DNA of 43,481 nt from a candidate division WOR-3 bacterium. Lineage in GTDB: Bacteria; SDB-A. A program made the position numbers and the translations under genes. The notes under the pieces are model-generated. The model saw only the letters and a program-made list of their open reading frames with translations, did not search any database and was not told the DNA's origin. Where the stretch lies: positions 1-43,481 of the forward strand of contig JAFGSQ010000011.1 in assembly GCA_016934535.1 (NCBI GenBank), written 5' to 3'. Within the stretch, counting starts at the first letter, position 1; the number at the start of each line of letters is the position of its first letter. Of this stretch, positions 17,162 through 27,763 are shown piece by piece.

Positions 17162-17806
17162 TTATAAGAAATGTCTGATACTTTTACATTCCTTTGAAAA
17201 AATATCTGCGATTCTTACCGGTTCCGGAAGTCTGTATGAAGACAGTTTCAAAACTATGTCAGCCGCCCTGAGAGGAGTCATCATGTGTCCGGGAGACACG
17301 AGAACCGGTTTTACGCCATCTTTTGTCCTCAAGGCATATCCCATTGTCTTTCCGTTTAATATGACCGGGCTTTTACCGCCCCTTTTCGTTTCGGGTTCTT
17401 CGTATTCTCCGCAGAGCCTGCTCTTGGCGCAACCAATCGAAGGTTTATTGAGAATGACACCGAGATGACAGGCGATGCCGAAAAACCTCGGATGTAATAT
17501 ACCCTGTCCGTCGACTATCAAAAGATCGGGTTTTATTTCGAGTTTTCTGAAAGCCGCTATGAGCGCGGGGATCTCTCTGAAAGACAAAAATCCGGGTAAG
17601 TATGGAAATTCCGCTTTACGAATGTCGAATTTCTTTTCAACAGTTACACATTCAGGATATTTCATCAGCACCACCGCTCCGATAATCATATCCTTTTCGA
17701 ACGCACAGTCGAAACCGGCGACAAATTCCATCTTGCCTGTAAAACATTTTAAAGACACACGTGTTCGCAGTTTTTCCTGAATTGATTTAAGTCTCGCGCA
17801 GTCCAA
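17162..17806 (-). CDS. nfi: Endonuclease V (deoxyinosine 3' endonuclease)
   Basis: AGFD, PYLPGFLSFRE wedge motif, VDGQGILHPR, IGCAKS and RLPEP. Confidence 0.93.
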   Translation of the reverse strand: MDCARLKSIQEKLRTRVSLKCFTGKMEFVAGFDCAFEKDMIIGAVVLMKYPECVTVEKKFDIRKAEFPYLPGFLSFREIPALIAAFRKLEIKPDLLIVDGQGILHPRFFGIACHLGVILNKPSIGCAKSRLCGEYEEPETKRGGKSPVILNGKTMGYALRTKDGVKPVLVSPGHMMTPLRAADIVLKLSSYRLPEPVRIADIFSKECKSIRHFL

Positions 17807-18275
17807 AAGAAATATCTCCTGAATTAACCATGGCGTTATAAATTATTTCTTTATAATCTCTTATTATCGTGTTTTTTGCATTCTCTATGTACAGGGCAAG
17901 GCTTTCAGGGATCTTCGCGGGAATTTCATCGGCGTCGAGAATTTCGTGGGAACCGTCGGGGTAGAAAAGTACGTCCAGCTCGAGATCTCTCCACTCTACT
18001 TTCCCTTCCGTTATTATGATCGAGTCGGCCACGTTGAAATAATCGGCTTTAAAACTGCCGTCGTTAGAAAACCATCTGTAGAGAACATACGGTTTCTTCT
18101 GCCAATAATAAGCAATTGTTATGTCGTATGGTTCAAGCTTGACTTTTGAAACTGATATATTTCTGTCAATAACATATTTCAAAACAGAAAAATTTTTCCG
18201 TGCAAGTAATAACTCACAACAGAATTTTTCTTTTTTCCCTGAGAGTTTTGTCTTTATCTCAAGGCTTTTTTTCAC
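17787..18275 (-). CDS. DUF402 family protein
   Basis: YFNVAD...WRDLELDV...EILDADE pattern. Confidence 0.75.
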   Translation of the reverse strand: MKKSLEIKTKLSGKKEKFCCELLLARKNFSVLKYVIDRNISVSKVKLEPYDITIAYYWQKKPYVLYRWFSNDGSFKADYFNVADSIIITEGKVEWRDLELDVLFYPDGSHEILDADEIPAKIPESLALYIENAKNTIIRDYKEIIYNAMVNSGDISFGLRET

Positions 18276-18368
18276 CGTTCTGAATTCACTGTTTTGAAAA
18301 TAATTTTCGTCATATTGAATAATTGTTAAAGTTTGTCGAAAATCCCGAAATCGCGGCGTGAAAAAAAA

Positions 18369-18812
18369 TTATGAAGAGAAAATTCTAATACCATTTTTAC
18401 CGTCTTTTGATGATTTATCCGTATAAAGGATCTGTCTCAAATTACAATCCAGCGTGTCGCGGCATTCAATAATATCAATTTCTAAGGTTCCCCGCAGCTC
18501 CGGTGCCTCTTCATCAATTAGAGTGCCGTTGGTTTCTATCGTGACTCCTAATTTCATTTCTTTCAGTCCCTTTATTACTCCGAGTATTTCCGGGTGAAGA
18601 AAAGGTTCGCCTCCGGTAAGCTTTACAGATGAAAGACCTATTTCCTTTGCGTCCTGGATTATCTTCTTTAATTCGTTCCAAGGAAGACATTTTCCGGCAT
18701 TTTTTTCGAAATGAGGATTTATCCAGCAATGCCTGCATTTTAAGTTACAGCTTCCCGTCAAATACATGTATATGGTTCTCAGAGGCCGGGTGTTACTCGA
18801 AGAATTCGGCAC
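18369..18812 (-). pseudogene. Truncated radical SAM protein (ScmF-like N-terminus)
   Basis: YLTGSCNLKCRHCWI, LTGGEP and ETNGTL are present, but similarity stops after about 100 aa. There is no complete barrel and no SPASM domain. Confidence 0.65.
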
Positions 18813-20205
18813 CGGTTTCTTCCTTAAGTTTCCTGTAGCAGTCCTGCATACTTGGCAATATGAAATTTTCTGCGCTCACACCGGCCAGGGCAGGACAACT
18901 GCCGTTGCAGAACATGTTCCATTCGCAGTCCATACAGGCTTGAACGGCACTCATTGGCACAAGTCTTCTTTCTTTCATCTTTTTCAGGACCGGACTATTC
19001 ATCCATATATCCTTGACGGAATCTCTGTTTATCTTTCCAAGCTCTATGTCCGGAAGCATGTTGCAGGGAACTATCGTCCCGTCATGATGAACCGCAAGCT
19101 TGCTGAACACGCATCCGCAGGCGGTCAGGTAATCCATACCCGGTTCCGGTTTTATTCCGTATTTTTTCATCTTCTCCATTTTTCTGTAAAGGTGCCATTT
19201 GGCGAGAGGACCGGCCTGAGCCACTATTCTACTGTCGTATTTTTCTTCCAGGTGCCCCAGCAATTTTATGGCTTCGACCTGCATAAAAGGATTCAGGGCT
19301 ATGTCTTCCTTGTTCCAGCAACCCGCTCCCATCGGCATGGCGTCGTTGGTGCTGAATGAATGAACGCCAAGGTCTTCGAGAAGAAATTTCGCCGCGTCTT
19401 CGAGATCTTCCAAATTGTGCCTGTTGACTGTAAGCCTTACAGCGATGTTCAGGCCGGCTTCTTTCGCCAGCTTCAAGCCCCCTACAGCTCTTTTGAAGCT
19501 TCCCTGACCTCTCGACAAATCGTGTATCTCTTCGCACGAACCGTCTATCGAAAACTGCATGTAAGATAAACGCGCGGCTCTTTTACCCTTGAAGAATTCT
19601 TCGATGCTTTTTTCGTTTACGAGAGTCCCGTTTGTCAGTATCGAATATCTCATGTTGTTTTCTACAACTGAATCAATGAGCTCCCAGATGTCTTCTCTTA
19701 CAAAAACCTCCCCTCCGCTTAGGCAAATTTCTTCGACGGCGAGGTTTTTCAATTCAGAATAAAAGTCAGACCACTCATTTATGTACAAGTCATCCCGGGT
19801 TTTCATCTCCCGTTCATAAAAACAGTATTTGCATTTCAGGTTGCACTTTTTTGTCACGGACACGTCTATAGATTTCGGTGATTCACCGGAATGGATAAAA
19901 TCTTCTCTTCTTGGAACCTTTTCAGAGGCGTTTTTTGAATGTGCGAATCCTCCGGAAACAAGACTTTCCAGAAATTCGGATATTTCTTTCCCGACGTCTT
20001 CTTTTTCAGAAGTGTCAAATTCATCCTTCAGCGCATTTTCAATGTCTTTTGAAGAGTTGCTTCCGTCGAGCATTCTCCAGATAAATATTCCGGTTGAGTT
20101 GAGATATCTTCTCGCGCCTGTGTCCGGATGAAAAAGGCTCGCCGAATTGTCTCCCAAAAGCCTTACTGAAACTGAATCGTCGGAACAATAGTATTTTTTC
20201 AACAC
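18793..20205 (-). CDS. PqqD/RRE domain fused to a radical SAM/SPASM maturase (ScmD-ScmE-like)
   Basis: N-terminal LNSTGIFIWRMLDG...EFLESL (PqqD-like); CNLKCKYC and LSGGE; SPASM C...DGTIVPC...CMDC.....CNGSC. Confidence 0.85.
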   Translation of the reverse strand: MLKKYYCSDDSVSVRLLGDNSASLFHPDTGARRYLNSTGIFIWRMLDGSNSSKDIENALKDEFDTSEKEDVGKEISEFLESLVSGGFAHSKNASEKVPRREDFIHSGESPKSIDVSVTKKCNLKCKYCFYEREMKTRDDLYINEWSDFYSELKNLAVEEICLSGGEVFVREDIWELIDSVVENNMRYSILTNGTLVNEKSIEEFFKGKRAARLSYMQFSIDGSCEEIHDLSRGQGSFKRAVGGLKLAKEAGLNIAVRLTVNRHNLEDLEDAAKFLLEDLGVHSFSTNDAMPMGAGCWNKEDIALNPFMQVEAIKLLGHLEEKYDSRIVAQAGPLAKWHLYRKMEKMKKYGIKPEPGMDYLTACGCVFSKLAVHHDGTIVPCNMLPDIELGKINRDSVKDIWMNSPVLKKMKERRLVPMSAVQACMDCEWNMFCNGSCPALAGVSAENFILPSMQDCYRKLKEETGAEFFE

Positions 20206-20240
20206 CAGATTATTTTACAGCCTCGACGAAATGATTCAAG

Positions 20241-23129
20241 TTAATTCTTATTCACTTCGCAGAGATTCCTGAAGGAACAGTACGAACAGCTTTTTTTTGA
20301 CGGTGTGGCTAAAAATTCCTCGTTAAAAAAGATGTCTCTCAGAACGCTTTCAAATATCCCGTTGAATTTATTGTAGTATTCCAATACAGTCTTTTTTTCT
20401 TTAAAAACTTTATTTTCGATTTTATCCGAAGATTCTCTGAGAAAATAATACTTCCCGTTTATGTTCCCGATTCCGTTCCCCATTTTAGACCGCATTCTTA
20501 TATAAACAAGCACCTGAAAACATTTACATATTTTATTCAGCTCTCTGAATTTTTTCCTGTAATTATCAGGGTCAAGATCAACAAATTCAGGAGCCTCGTA
20601 TTGTAAAAAGTTTTTATGAAACAATGACTCACTTTTTTTTGACTTGTAATCGCAAATTATAATCTCATTTTCTGATCGTTCTATTCTGTCTATTTTTCCC
20701 CGAAAACCGACTTTCAGACTTTCGCAATGAAATTCTTCCGATATTTCTTCTTCCAAGGCGATTATTTCAATTTTGTTTTCCTCGATGTTTTTTCTGTCCC
20801 ACTCGAGAAAATTCGTTACAATTCTATTCATCGCCCAGAATCTTATTTTTCCGAGTCCTTCATCGGAAATAATTCCCTTTTTATGGAAAATATTTGTCAG
20901 AATTTTTTTCATCTCAGAGATGTCATACGTTTTTTTACCGTAATATTCCTTCAGAGCCTCGTGGACAACCGTTCCGATCTCAGCGGCGTCAGGATTTTCT
21001 TCCAGGGACTCCCTTTCTTCGAGTTTGAGAATCCTCTTGAAATAAAATTTAAGCGGGCAGGAAATATAATCTTCGAAAGAGCTCGGAGACAGACCTTTTT
21101 CAAGCATCATTTCTTTTATCTCGTCTGTTTTTTTCACACTACGGGTTTTTTCAACCGGTGTCAGCGAGAACCGGAGCTTTTTTTTCGTTATAATATTCTC
21201 CCTGGAATCATTGTCTGATTCATAAAAAAGCGTCTCGATAAATCTGCTTCGCTTTTTTACCTGTCCACCGAGTTTTTCCGGATAGAATATTTTTACTGAT
21301 CCTGCTGAAGCAAGCACGGAAAAGAAATTCGACGCGTATATACTTTCCCAGTCGCCGTAATGTCTCATCGAGAATAATTCCTTAATATCGCCCGGCAGAA
21401 GAGGATCGTATTTAGAAACATCGGGCATTACGCCTTCGATGCAATCGGCAATGAAAACCGCGTCAAAGTTAATGTTCCTGAATTCGAGAGCTCCCATCAC
21501 CTGAATTCCCGCCAGGGGTGTCCCTTTGAACCTTACGGGGACAAGAGAAAGTTTGTGCCTTATGAGATTAGCGCTGTTTTTTGCACAGCCGCTGTCCGCC
21601 GCTTCAGGGTATTCTGCGAAAAAACCGCTTGTTTCAATCAAAGCTTCCCGCGCAGACAAGATAAAATCTCCGAAAAACAAATAAGAATACTTTTCAGAGG
21701 AAATTATATCTAGACATTCTATCAGTCTGCCGCACAGTTCCGTGAGATTTTCATCTTTTCGCGGCATATAAATCCTGTTGATCTTTCTGAAAAGTTCCGA
21801 AGGTTCGTTCCATTTCTCAATGTTTTTAAATCCGCCTTTTCCGTCAACTTCCAGCTCAAGTATGTTTTTTTCCACCAACAACTCTTCGAATCTGTGCAAT
21901 TCCACCCTCAAAAGGTTTTTGTCTTCACCATGTCCGGAAAGCTTTACGTATGGATGCCTTATCATATCCAGATAAAGACAAGATGGCACCATACCGTTTT
22001 TTATATTTTCGGTTATCTTCAACAAGGTGTCCAATAGCTGGAACAGAGGTGTTCTCTGGAACGGGTAATTTAATGTTATATTGAACAGTATTTTTTCTTT
22101 TTCGAGGTCGAACCTCGCGACTACGTTATTGACAAAAGACATCAGGTTCGAAGGTTCCGGGAGTAAAACTCCTATTTTTGTCAAATCTCCATTTTTATTT
22201 TCTCTCAAATATTCAGCCAAAGCGTCAAAAATCTGTATCATTTCGTGTTCGACATTCGAGCACGGATATATTTTTATTTTTTTCAGGATTTTCGAATAAT
22301 CGAACTTACCGGCTTCTTTCAAATTGCTGTCGCAGATGTCTTTCAATCCTTCCACCGTTTCATAAGCTGTTCTGAAAGGAGACAGGGCTGTCGTTTTTTT
22401 CGATCTTTCAGTTCTCAAAACAAAAAGTGAATTTTCGTATCTGTCCAGAACATTCCTGATTAACAGCTTTTCGCTCGAGTTCAAGGCGTTGAAACCCGCA
22501 AAGACAAAGGATTCGGCGCCGAGTAATTCAAATTTATTCATTATGCTTTTCGACCTTATTTTTCTGTAAGTCATTCCTCTCGTAAATTTCATTCTGTCTT
22601 CGTGAGACTTTACAAAACCGGAAATTATTTTCGGCATGTTTTCGATAAAACTTCTGTATTCGATGCTGTATTCGCCGAGTGAAGAGAATTTTTCGTAAAG
22701 ACTGTTTTGCTCCGGGATCTTTTCGGACTCGACGAGTATCTCTTCGACACACGCCATAATCTTAAGCGCCCAGGGATAGAACGAGGAAAAGCTTTCAGTG
22801 TCTTCTTTTCCTGCGTAAATTTTATTATCTATGAATATTTCTTTAACTGTTTTATATAGAATGTAAGAGGATTCCATCTCACTCGCCGCTGTAAAAGCCG
22901 GCGCCGAGAGTTGATACAGTTTTACGGCAAACTCGTCTATGGTCTTCATTTGAGGCAAAAAACAGGTTTTCTTTATCCTCTTTGCAAATTCATCTTTGAG
23001 AAAGAACTCGAATCTTTTGGATGGAAAAACAACATAAACCCTGGAGGATTCTTTACCCAGGTTCAATATTTCCTCGGCCGTTCTTTTTACAAGGTCTTCG
23101 GAAAAATCAATGATTTCAATTCTTGACAA
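20241..23129 (-). CDS. addB: AddB-like PD-(D/E)XK nuclease with Fe-S cluster
   Basis: VVFPSKR, LSPSSFEDYISCP, GKIDRIE, DYK and C-terminal CSYCSFRNLC. Confidence 0.82.
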   Translation of the reverse strand: MSRIEIIDFSEDLVKRTAEEILNLGKESSRVYVVFPSKRFEFFLKDEFAKRIKKTCFLPQMKTIDEFAVKLYQLSAPAFTAASEMESSYILYKTVKEIFIDNKIYAGKEDTESFSSFYPWALKIMACVEEILVESEKIPEQNSLYEKFSSLGEYSIEYRSFIENMPKIISGFVKSHEDRMKFTRGMTYRKIRSKSIMNKFELLGAESFVFAGFNALNSSEKLLIRNVLDRYENSLFVLRTERSKKTTALSPFRTAYETVEGLKDICDSNLKEAGKFDYSKILKKIKIYPCSNVEHEMIQIFDALAEYLRENKNGDLTKIGVLLPEPSNLMSFVNNVVARFDLEKEKILFNITLNYPFQRTPLFQLLDTLLKITENIKNGMVPSCLYLDMIRHPYVKLSGHGEDKNLLRVELHRFEELLVEKNILELEVDGKGGFKNIEKWNEPSELFRKINRIYMPRKDENLTELCGRLIECLDIISSEKYSYLFFGDFILSAREALIETSGFFAEYPEAADSGCAKNSANLIRHKLSLVPVRFKGTPLAGIQVMGALEFRNINFDAVFIADCIEGVMPDVSKYDPLLPGDIKELFSMRHYGDWESIYASNFFSVLASAGSVKIFYPEKLGGQVKKRSRFIETLFYESDNDSRENIITKKKLRFSLTPVEKTRSVKKTDEIKEMMLEKGLSPSSFEDYISCPLKFYFKRILKLEERESLEENPDAAEIGTVVHEALKEYYGKKTYDISEMKKILTNIFHKKGIISDEGLGKIRFWAMNRIVTNFLEWDRKNIEENKIEIIALEEEISEEFHCESLKVGFRGKIDRIERSENEIIICDYKSKKSESLFHKNFLQYEAPEFVDLDPDNYRKKFRELNKICKCFQVLVYIRMRSKMGNGIGNINGKYYFLRESSDKIENKVFKEKKTVLEYYNKFNGIFESVLRDIFFNEEFLATPSKKSCSYCSFRNLCEVNKN

Positions 23130-26100
23130 AGACGCCCTTCTTTTCGTCGAGATATATCAATACGCATTCAATTTTTCGTCCCGTATATATTTCTTCGAGC
23201 TTTTTTTTATACTTTTTTATCTGTTCGGAATGCTCTTTTTCATTCTCGCTTCCCGTCTTGAAATCAACAACCGCCATTGCGTCTTTTCCAACTACAATTC
23301 TGTCGGGCCTGTAAATTTCACCCGAATCAGACAAGATTTCCCGTTCATTAAAGAGTTCAATATCACCTACGAAATATTTTGAAATTTCAGGTTTTAAAAG
23401 ATAAGAGATCATCTCTTTTCTTTCATTTTTGTTCAGCAATTTCAGCCCGAGTCTTTCTTTCAAGTCTTCCTCGAATTTTTCACCGCTTTTATAAACTCCG
23501 AGAAACGAAAGAGTTTCATGTATCGTTTCTCCTCTTTTCTGTCTGTCAGATTTGATTTCACCGGTTTTGTAAACCAGATACTCCTTGTTCATGCTGAAAA
23601 CCGGCGTTTTTTTTGAAGGAATCCCAAGGAATTCTGAGTCAATTTCCGTTTTTATTTTTTTTTCATTGAGTGTTCCGAATGACAATAAATTATTTCCGTC
23701 AATTTTTTCCTTGATATGCCTGTTCTCTAAAACAATGTCCTGAAAACAGTTGATTCTGTTGATGCCCGTTTTATTTTCTCCGCTCTTTTTTCTTTTCCCT
23801 ATCATAAACAAACCGTGTTTTGCTCTTGTCATCGCTACGTAAAGCAGGTTAAATTCGCCCGAGTTGTCTTTGACGATACTTTTCCGGTAAACGTTTCCCA
23901 GTCTTTCGTCCAGACCCGCCCACTCCTTTTTAATATATTTAATTCCGGTTTCATCAGTGTATATGCTGTCGGTATTACCTTTTAATTCTTCGGAAATATC
24001 CAGTATTACATTGCTGAATTCGAGTCCTTTTGATTTGTGCAGCGTCAATAGTTTGATTTTATCCTCTCCCTGAGGTATGTCGATGTAAAAGGTCCGGTTC
24101 TTTTCTGACAAGATGTCTTCTATGAAAGAGAGAAAAGATGAAATTGATGTTCGTTGTGAAACCTCCAAATCGTGAAGTGTCTCTCCTAACTTGATTATGA
24201 AGAAGGATGACTCGGGAAAATTTTCATAAATCCTGAATCTGTAAATCATGTCCTGAAAAATGTCGTAAGCTGTCATGAAACCCACAGACTTGAAAAAAGG
24301 ATCTACAAATCTGTTCCACACTTCGCCGTGTTCGTCTCTGAAAACCGAATAAAACCGTCTCTGGGCTTTATAATACAAATCGTCGCGATGACGGTATTTA
24401 ATTCCTAAAGATTCGGCGGCTTTTCCGAGTAATCTGCTGCCGGCGAATTCGAAAAAACTGAGATCGTCCGGAGGAAAATCTAGAAATCTGATGAATGAAA
24501 TGATCTCCCTGATCAAGGCATCGTTTGTCAAATACATTGCCTCGTCAGTTATGCATTCGTGCCCTTTTTCAGAGAGATATTCAAACAGCTCCTTAATATG
24601 GTCGTTTTTCCTCAAAAGTACTGCAATGTCGCCGTTTTTCCATCCGGATTCTTTTAATTTAACTATCGTCTCATGAATTCTCGAATAAGCGGGATTTTCT
24701 AAATCGTCATTTTTTTCGACAACAGAGATTTCGACATAACCTGCGTCAAAATTTTTAAAAGCCGGAAGTTTTTGTTCCGTGTTTGAATAATTCCCGTCGA
24801 ACTCGTTTTCCAATCCGAAAACACCCAACATATCAAGATTCTCTTTTTTCCAGAAGGAATTGTTGAAACCGACGATTTCCCTGTCGCTCCTGAAGTTGTA
24901 ATCCAGATTTTCTCTGTAGGTGCCGGCAGTTCCCGCGCTTTCCTTTAGTTCGAAAAGTTCCAGCACTTTCTCCTGATCGAGCATCCCGCTTTCTATGCCG
25001 CGCCATTGATATATGGCCTGTTTTCTGTCGCCGACAATAAAAAGCGAGCTGTTCTCTTTTTCCGAAACGACGGCGTTGCTCGCCAGAGGAGCCAGCATTT
25101 TTATCTGAGCCGTGCTCGTGTCCTGAAATTCGTCTATGAGGTAATGAGAAAACCTTTCAGACAGTTTAAGATAAAGATAAGGAAGAGATTCTTCAGTGAG
25201 GCAGTTTTTAATAAGGGAGAATATCTCCTGCAGGTATACTGTGTTTTTATTCCTTCCGGAAAAATGAACCGTGAACTCTTCCGTCAGATTAGAAATCGCA
25301 GCCACTTTCAGGGAGGAATATATGTATACGAATTCTTTGAGCGACTTTGAAAACGGATCGAATACATCTTTTATTTCTTTTTTTACATCATCTCCCGTTT
25401 TGACCCTGATAATGTAGTCGTAACTTTTTGAAACAAAGGATTTTTCGGCTATTTTAATAAGTTGTTCAAATGTTTTTCGGTCATCATGAATTATAGATCT
25501 GAGAGACTGCCCTGCAGATTCTGAAAATGTATTGTGATTAATTTTACCGTAGTGCTTTTCAATGACCTCCAAATACTTTTTGCACAGCGAAACACTGCCG
25601 TAAAATGCTTTCCAAAGCTTATTTTCAAGGTTCTTAATTTCAATTATTTTTGAGCTCTCATTTTTTAAACTAAATATGCCGGCAATTTTTTTTATTAATG
25701 CTTTGTCTAAATTGAAATTTCCTCGGGGGTCTAATTGCACGATTTCTTCAATAGAAGTTTCCACTTCCCGCCAGTTGTTTTCGACTTTTGTTATGAGAAA
25801 ATCGCGCACCAAATCTTCCAAATCTTCTTTGATATTATCTTTGAGTTTAAAATCCGCCTTTATCCCTTGAATCTCCGGAGAGACCACTTTCAGTATTTTA
25901 GCTGACAGGGAATCTATCGTTCCCGTGTTGTAGTCTGAATAGCATGTCGTTATGAGCTCGAGAAAAAATTTCGACCAGGTTGCGACTATTTTTCTGCTTT
26001 CGTCTGCTTTAAAACCGCATCTTTCAGAAACTTCATCGAAAACTGTCATAATCGCGCCGTCGTAATTGCTATCAATATCCGAAAACTTCCAAAGATAGCC

Positions 26101-26364
26101 GAGTATCCTTTCACCCATCTCGTTCGCAGCGGGATTCGTGAAAGTCACTGCGATTACGGAATTGAGTGTTTTTCTGAATTCCTCGATATTTTCAGAAGTA
26201 AAATCATCGCCGGGATTTCTTTTAAGGATGAGGTTCCTGAAAGACAGGAACAATTTTGATAGGTATTCGGAGGCGAGCTTTGTCGTCTTTCCCGAACCGG
26301 CCGAAGCCTCAACTATTTTAAGATTGAGTTTGTTTTTTTCTTCCCGCACTACGGAGTTTTCCAC
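23116..26364 (-). CDS. addA: AddA-like UvrD helicase-nuclease
   Basis: ASAGSGKT, DEFQDTS, VGDRKQAIY, HKSKGLEF and YVAMTRA; C-terminal RPDR...DFKTG nuclease. Confidence 0.88.
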   Translation of the reverse strand: MENSVVREEKNKLNLKIVEASAGSGKTTKLASEYLSKLFLSFRNLILKRNPGDDFTSENIEEFRKTLNSVIAVTFTNPAANEMGERILGYLWKFSDIDSNYDGAIMTVFDEVSERCGFKADESRKIVATWSKFFLELITTCYSDYNTGTIDSLSAKILKVVSPEIQGIKADFKLKDNIKEDLEDLVRDFLITKVENNWREVETSIEEIVQLDPRGNFNLDKALIKKIAGIFSLKNESSKIIEIKNLENKLWKAFYGSVSLCKKYLEVIEKHYGKINHNTFSESAGQSLRSIIHDDRKTFEQLIKIAEKSFVSKSYDYIIRVKTGDDVKKEIKDVFDPFSKSLKEFVYIYSSLKVAAISNLTEEFTVHFSGRNKNTVYLQEIFSLIKNCLTEESLPYLYLKLSERFSHYLIDEFQDTSTAQIKMLAPLASNAVVSEKENSSLFIVGDRKQAIYQWRGIESGMLDQEKVLELFELKESAGTAGTYRENLDYNFRSDREIVGFNNSFWKKENLDMLGVFGLENEFDGNYSNTEQKLPAFKNFDAGYVEISVVEKNDDLENPAYSRIHETIVKLKESGWKNGDIAVLLRKNDHIKELFEYLSEKGHECITDEAMYLTNDALIREIISFIRFLDFPPDDLSFFEFAGSRLLGKAAESLGIKYRHRDDLYYKAQRRFYSVFRDEHGEVWNRFVDPFFKSVGFMTAYDIFQDMIYRFRIYENFPESSFFIIKLGETLHDLEVSQRTSISSFLSFIEDILSEKNRTFYIDIPQGEDKIKLLTLHKSKGLEFSNVILDISEELKGNTDSIYTDETGIKYIKKEWAGLDERLGNVYRKSIVKDNSGEFNLLYVAMTRAKHGLFMIGKRKKSGENKTGINRINCFQDIVLENRHIKEKIDGNNLLSFGTLNEKKIKTEIDSEFLGIPSKKTPVFSMNKEYLVYKTGEIKSDRQKRGETIHETLSFLGVYKSGEKFEEDLKERLGLKLLNKNERKEMISYLLKPEISKYFVGDIELFNEREILSDSGEIYRPDRIVVGKDAMAVVDFKTGSENEKEHSEQIKKYKKKLEEIYTGRKIECVLIYLDEKKGVFVKN

Positions 26365-27272
26365 CTGAACCCGAGACCTTCCACTCCTTTTACTGTGGCA
26401 GTCCCGGAAAATCTGAAAATGTGCTCAGCTGTTTCTGCGGCTTCTCTCGGTGTATAGCCGTTCTCTAATATAAGATTCAGGTAGTAAAATTCAAAAACCG
26501 CGCTTCCGGCCCAATCGACGGGCTGGACATAGCCGGACACGACAAGTCCGTCATTCCAGTCTCTTCGCGAACGCAGTATCCTGTCCGGTATATCCCCCGA
26601 CATAATGTTGCACGAGCTGAAATGAATGAGCAAAAGATTTTCACAGGGCTTAAGGGCGTCGACAATTTCATCTGCTCCGGCGATACCGTCTCTGAGAACC
26701 AAACCTTCTTTCTCTCCGTGCGTTGCGAAAAGGATGCACACTCTCCCGGGAAGAATCGCGGTTTCAGCGCAGAAATTTATGAGATCTCTCTTGTCGTGGA
26801 CGAATCTCTGCCTGACCTCGACTTCACTGAGGCGTGCGAAAAAGGCTTCCAGCATGTCTCCGAACGAGTATTCATCCTCGTTCATGGATTCCTGCCACTC
26901 GGATTCGAGAACTACGAGCCAGATTTTTGAAGTGTCTTCAGGCAAAGATCTCGTACCGGTCCAGTCGTACCAAACAACCGTTCCGTCCTGCCTCCATTTC
27001 CCCGTAAATGCTCCGCCGCCGGATGAAAGTTCGAACCATCCTTCGCCGACCGCCGAAGGTTCGACGTATCTGAAATTAAACCTTCCGTTCTCGTCTATTT
27101 TACCTGAAATTTCACAGTATCCGCTGAAAAAATACCCCCCTTTGACTTCATCGCCGCTCTGTTCAAGTATCATTCTTCCGTATGTAGTCTGCCAGTTTCC
27201 TGAAAAGTCCGCAGAAAAACAACATGCCGCTGAAATCAAGACGGCCAGGATTATGTAGATTTTTTTATTCAT
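26349..27272 (-). CDS. Secreted two-domain protein: beta-barrel N-domain plus caspase/CHAT-like C-domain
   Basis: Signal peptide; FSGNWQTTYG beta-rich domain; C-terminal ILFATHG and IHFSSC motifs. Confidence 0.6.
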   Translation of the reverse strand: MNKKIYIILAVLISAACCFSADFSGNWQTTYGRMILEQSGDEVKGGYFFSGYCEISGKIDENGRFNFRYVEPSAVGEGWFELSSGGGAFTGKWRQDGTVVWYDWTGTRSLPEDTSKIWLVVLESEWQESMNEDEYSFGDMLEAFFARLSEVEVRQRFVHDKRDLINFCAETAILPGRVCILFATHGEKEGLVLRDGIAGADEIVDALKPCENLLLIHFSSCNIMSGDIPDRILRSRRDWNDGLVVSGYVQPVDWAGSAVFEFYYLNLILENGYTPREAAETAEHIFRFSGTATVKGVEGLGFRWKTP

Positions 27273-27763
27273 TTGCCTTCTGCCTTTTCAGCCATGCTGA
27301 CTGCCCATTCTTTGGCTCTTGTCGACTCCAGATCCGTGTTTTCAGCGAGAGGATTTTCAAAATCCGCACTGCCCAAAATCTCATTGCCTGTGAGTGCTTT
27401 TTCCATGTTTTGGAATATCTTGCCTTTCCCTCCTCTGTGACAGCAAAAAAGAGCCGTCTTTTTTCCGCTCAAATAATCTTTTGAAAAGAAAGTCCTGAGA
27501 GGCGGTGCAAAAGATCCGGCCCAAACCGGAGATCCAATGATTATCAGGTCATATTCTCCGGGATTAATGGATATGGTCTCAAGGGGCGGTTTTTTTTTGA
27601 ACAGCACTGAAGTCCCGCCTGTGAAATATTTTCCAGCCCCCGAGGGTTTGTAGTCATTCACAGGTTTAATTCTCAAAAGATCGGCGTTTATCTTTTCAGC
27701 CATCGCTTTGGCAATCATATCGGTGTTGCCTTCGAGCGAATAGTACACTATCAAAGTTTTCAT
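27269..27763 (-). CDS. Flavodoxin family protein
   Basis: IVYYSLEGNT FMN-phosphate loop and IGSPVWAG. Confidence 0.9.
   Translation of the reverse strand: MKTLIVYYSLEGNTDMIAKAMAEKINADLLRIKPVNDYKPSGAGKYFTGGTSVLFKKKPPLETISINPGEYDLIIIGSPVWAGSFAPPLRTFFSKDYLSGKKTALFCCHRGGKGKIFQNMEKALTGNEILGSADFENPLAENTDLESTRAKEWAVSMAEKAEGK

Noticed and set aside
26626-27258. Long antisense ORFs (26626-27258, 18766-19359, 20727-21218, 33112-33660, 38785-39294)
   Set aside because: They lie opposite well-supported genes and have Ser/Phe-rich shadow composition with no recognisable motifs.
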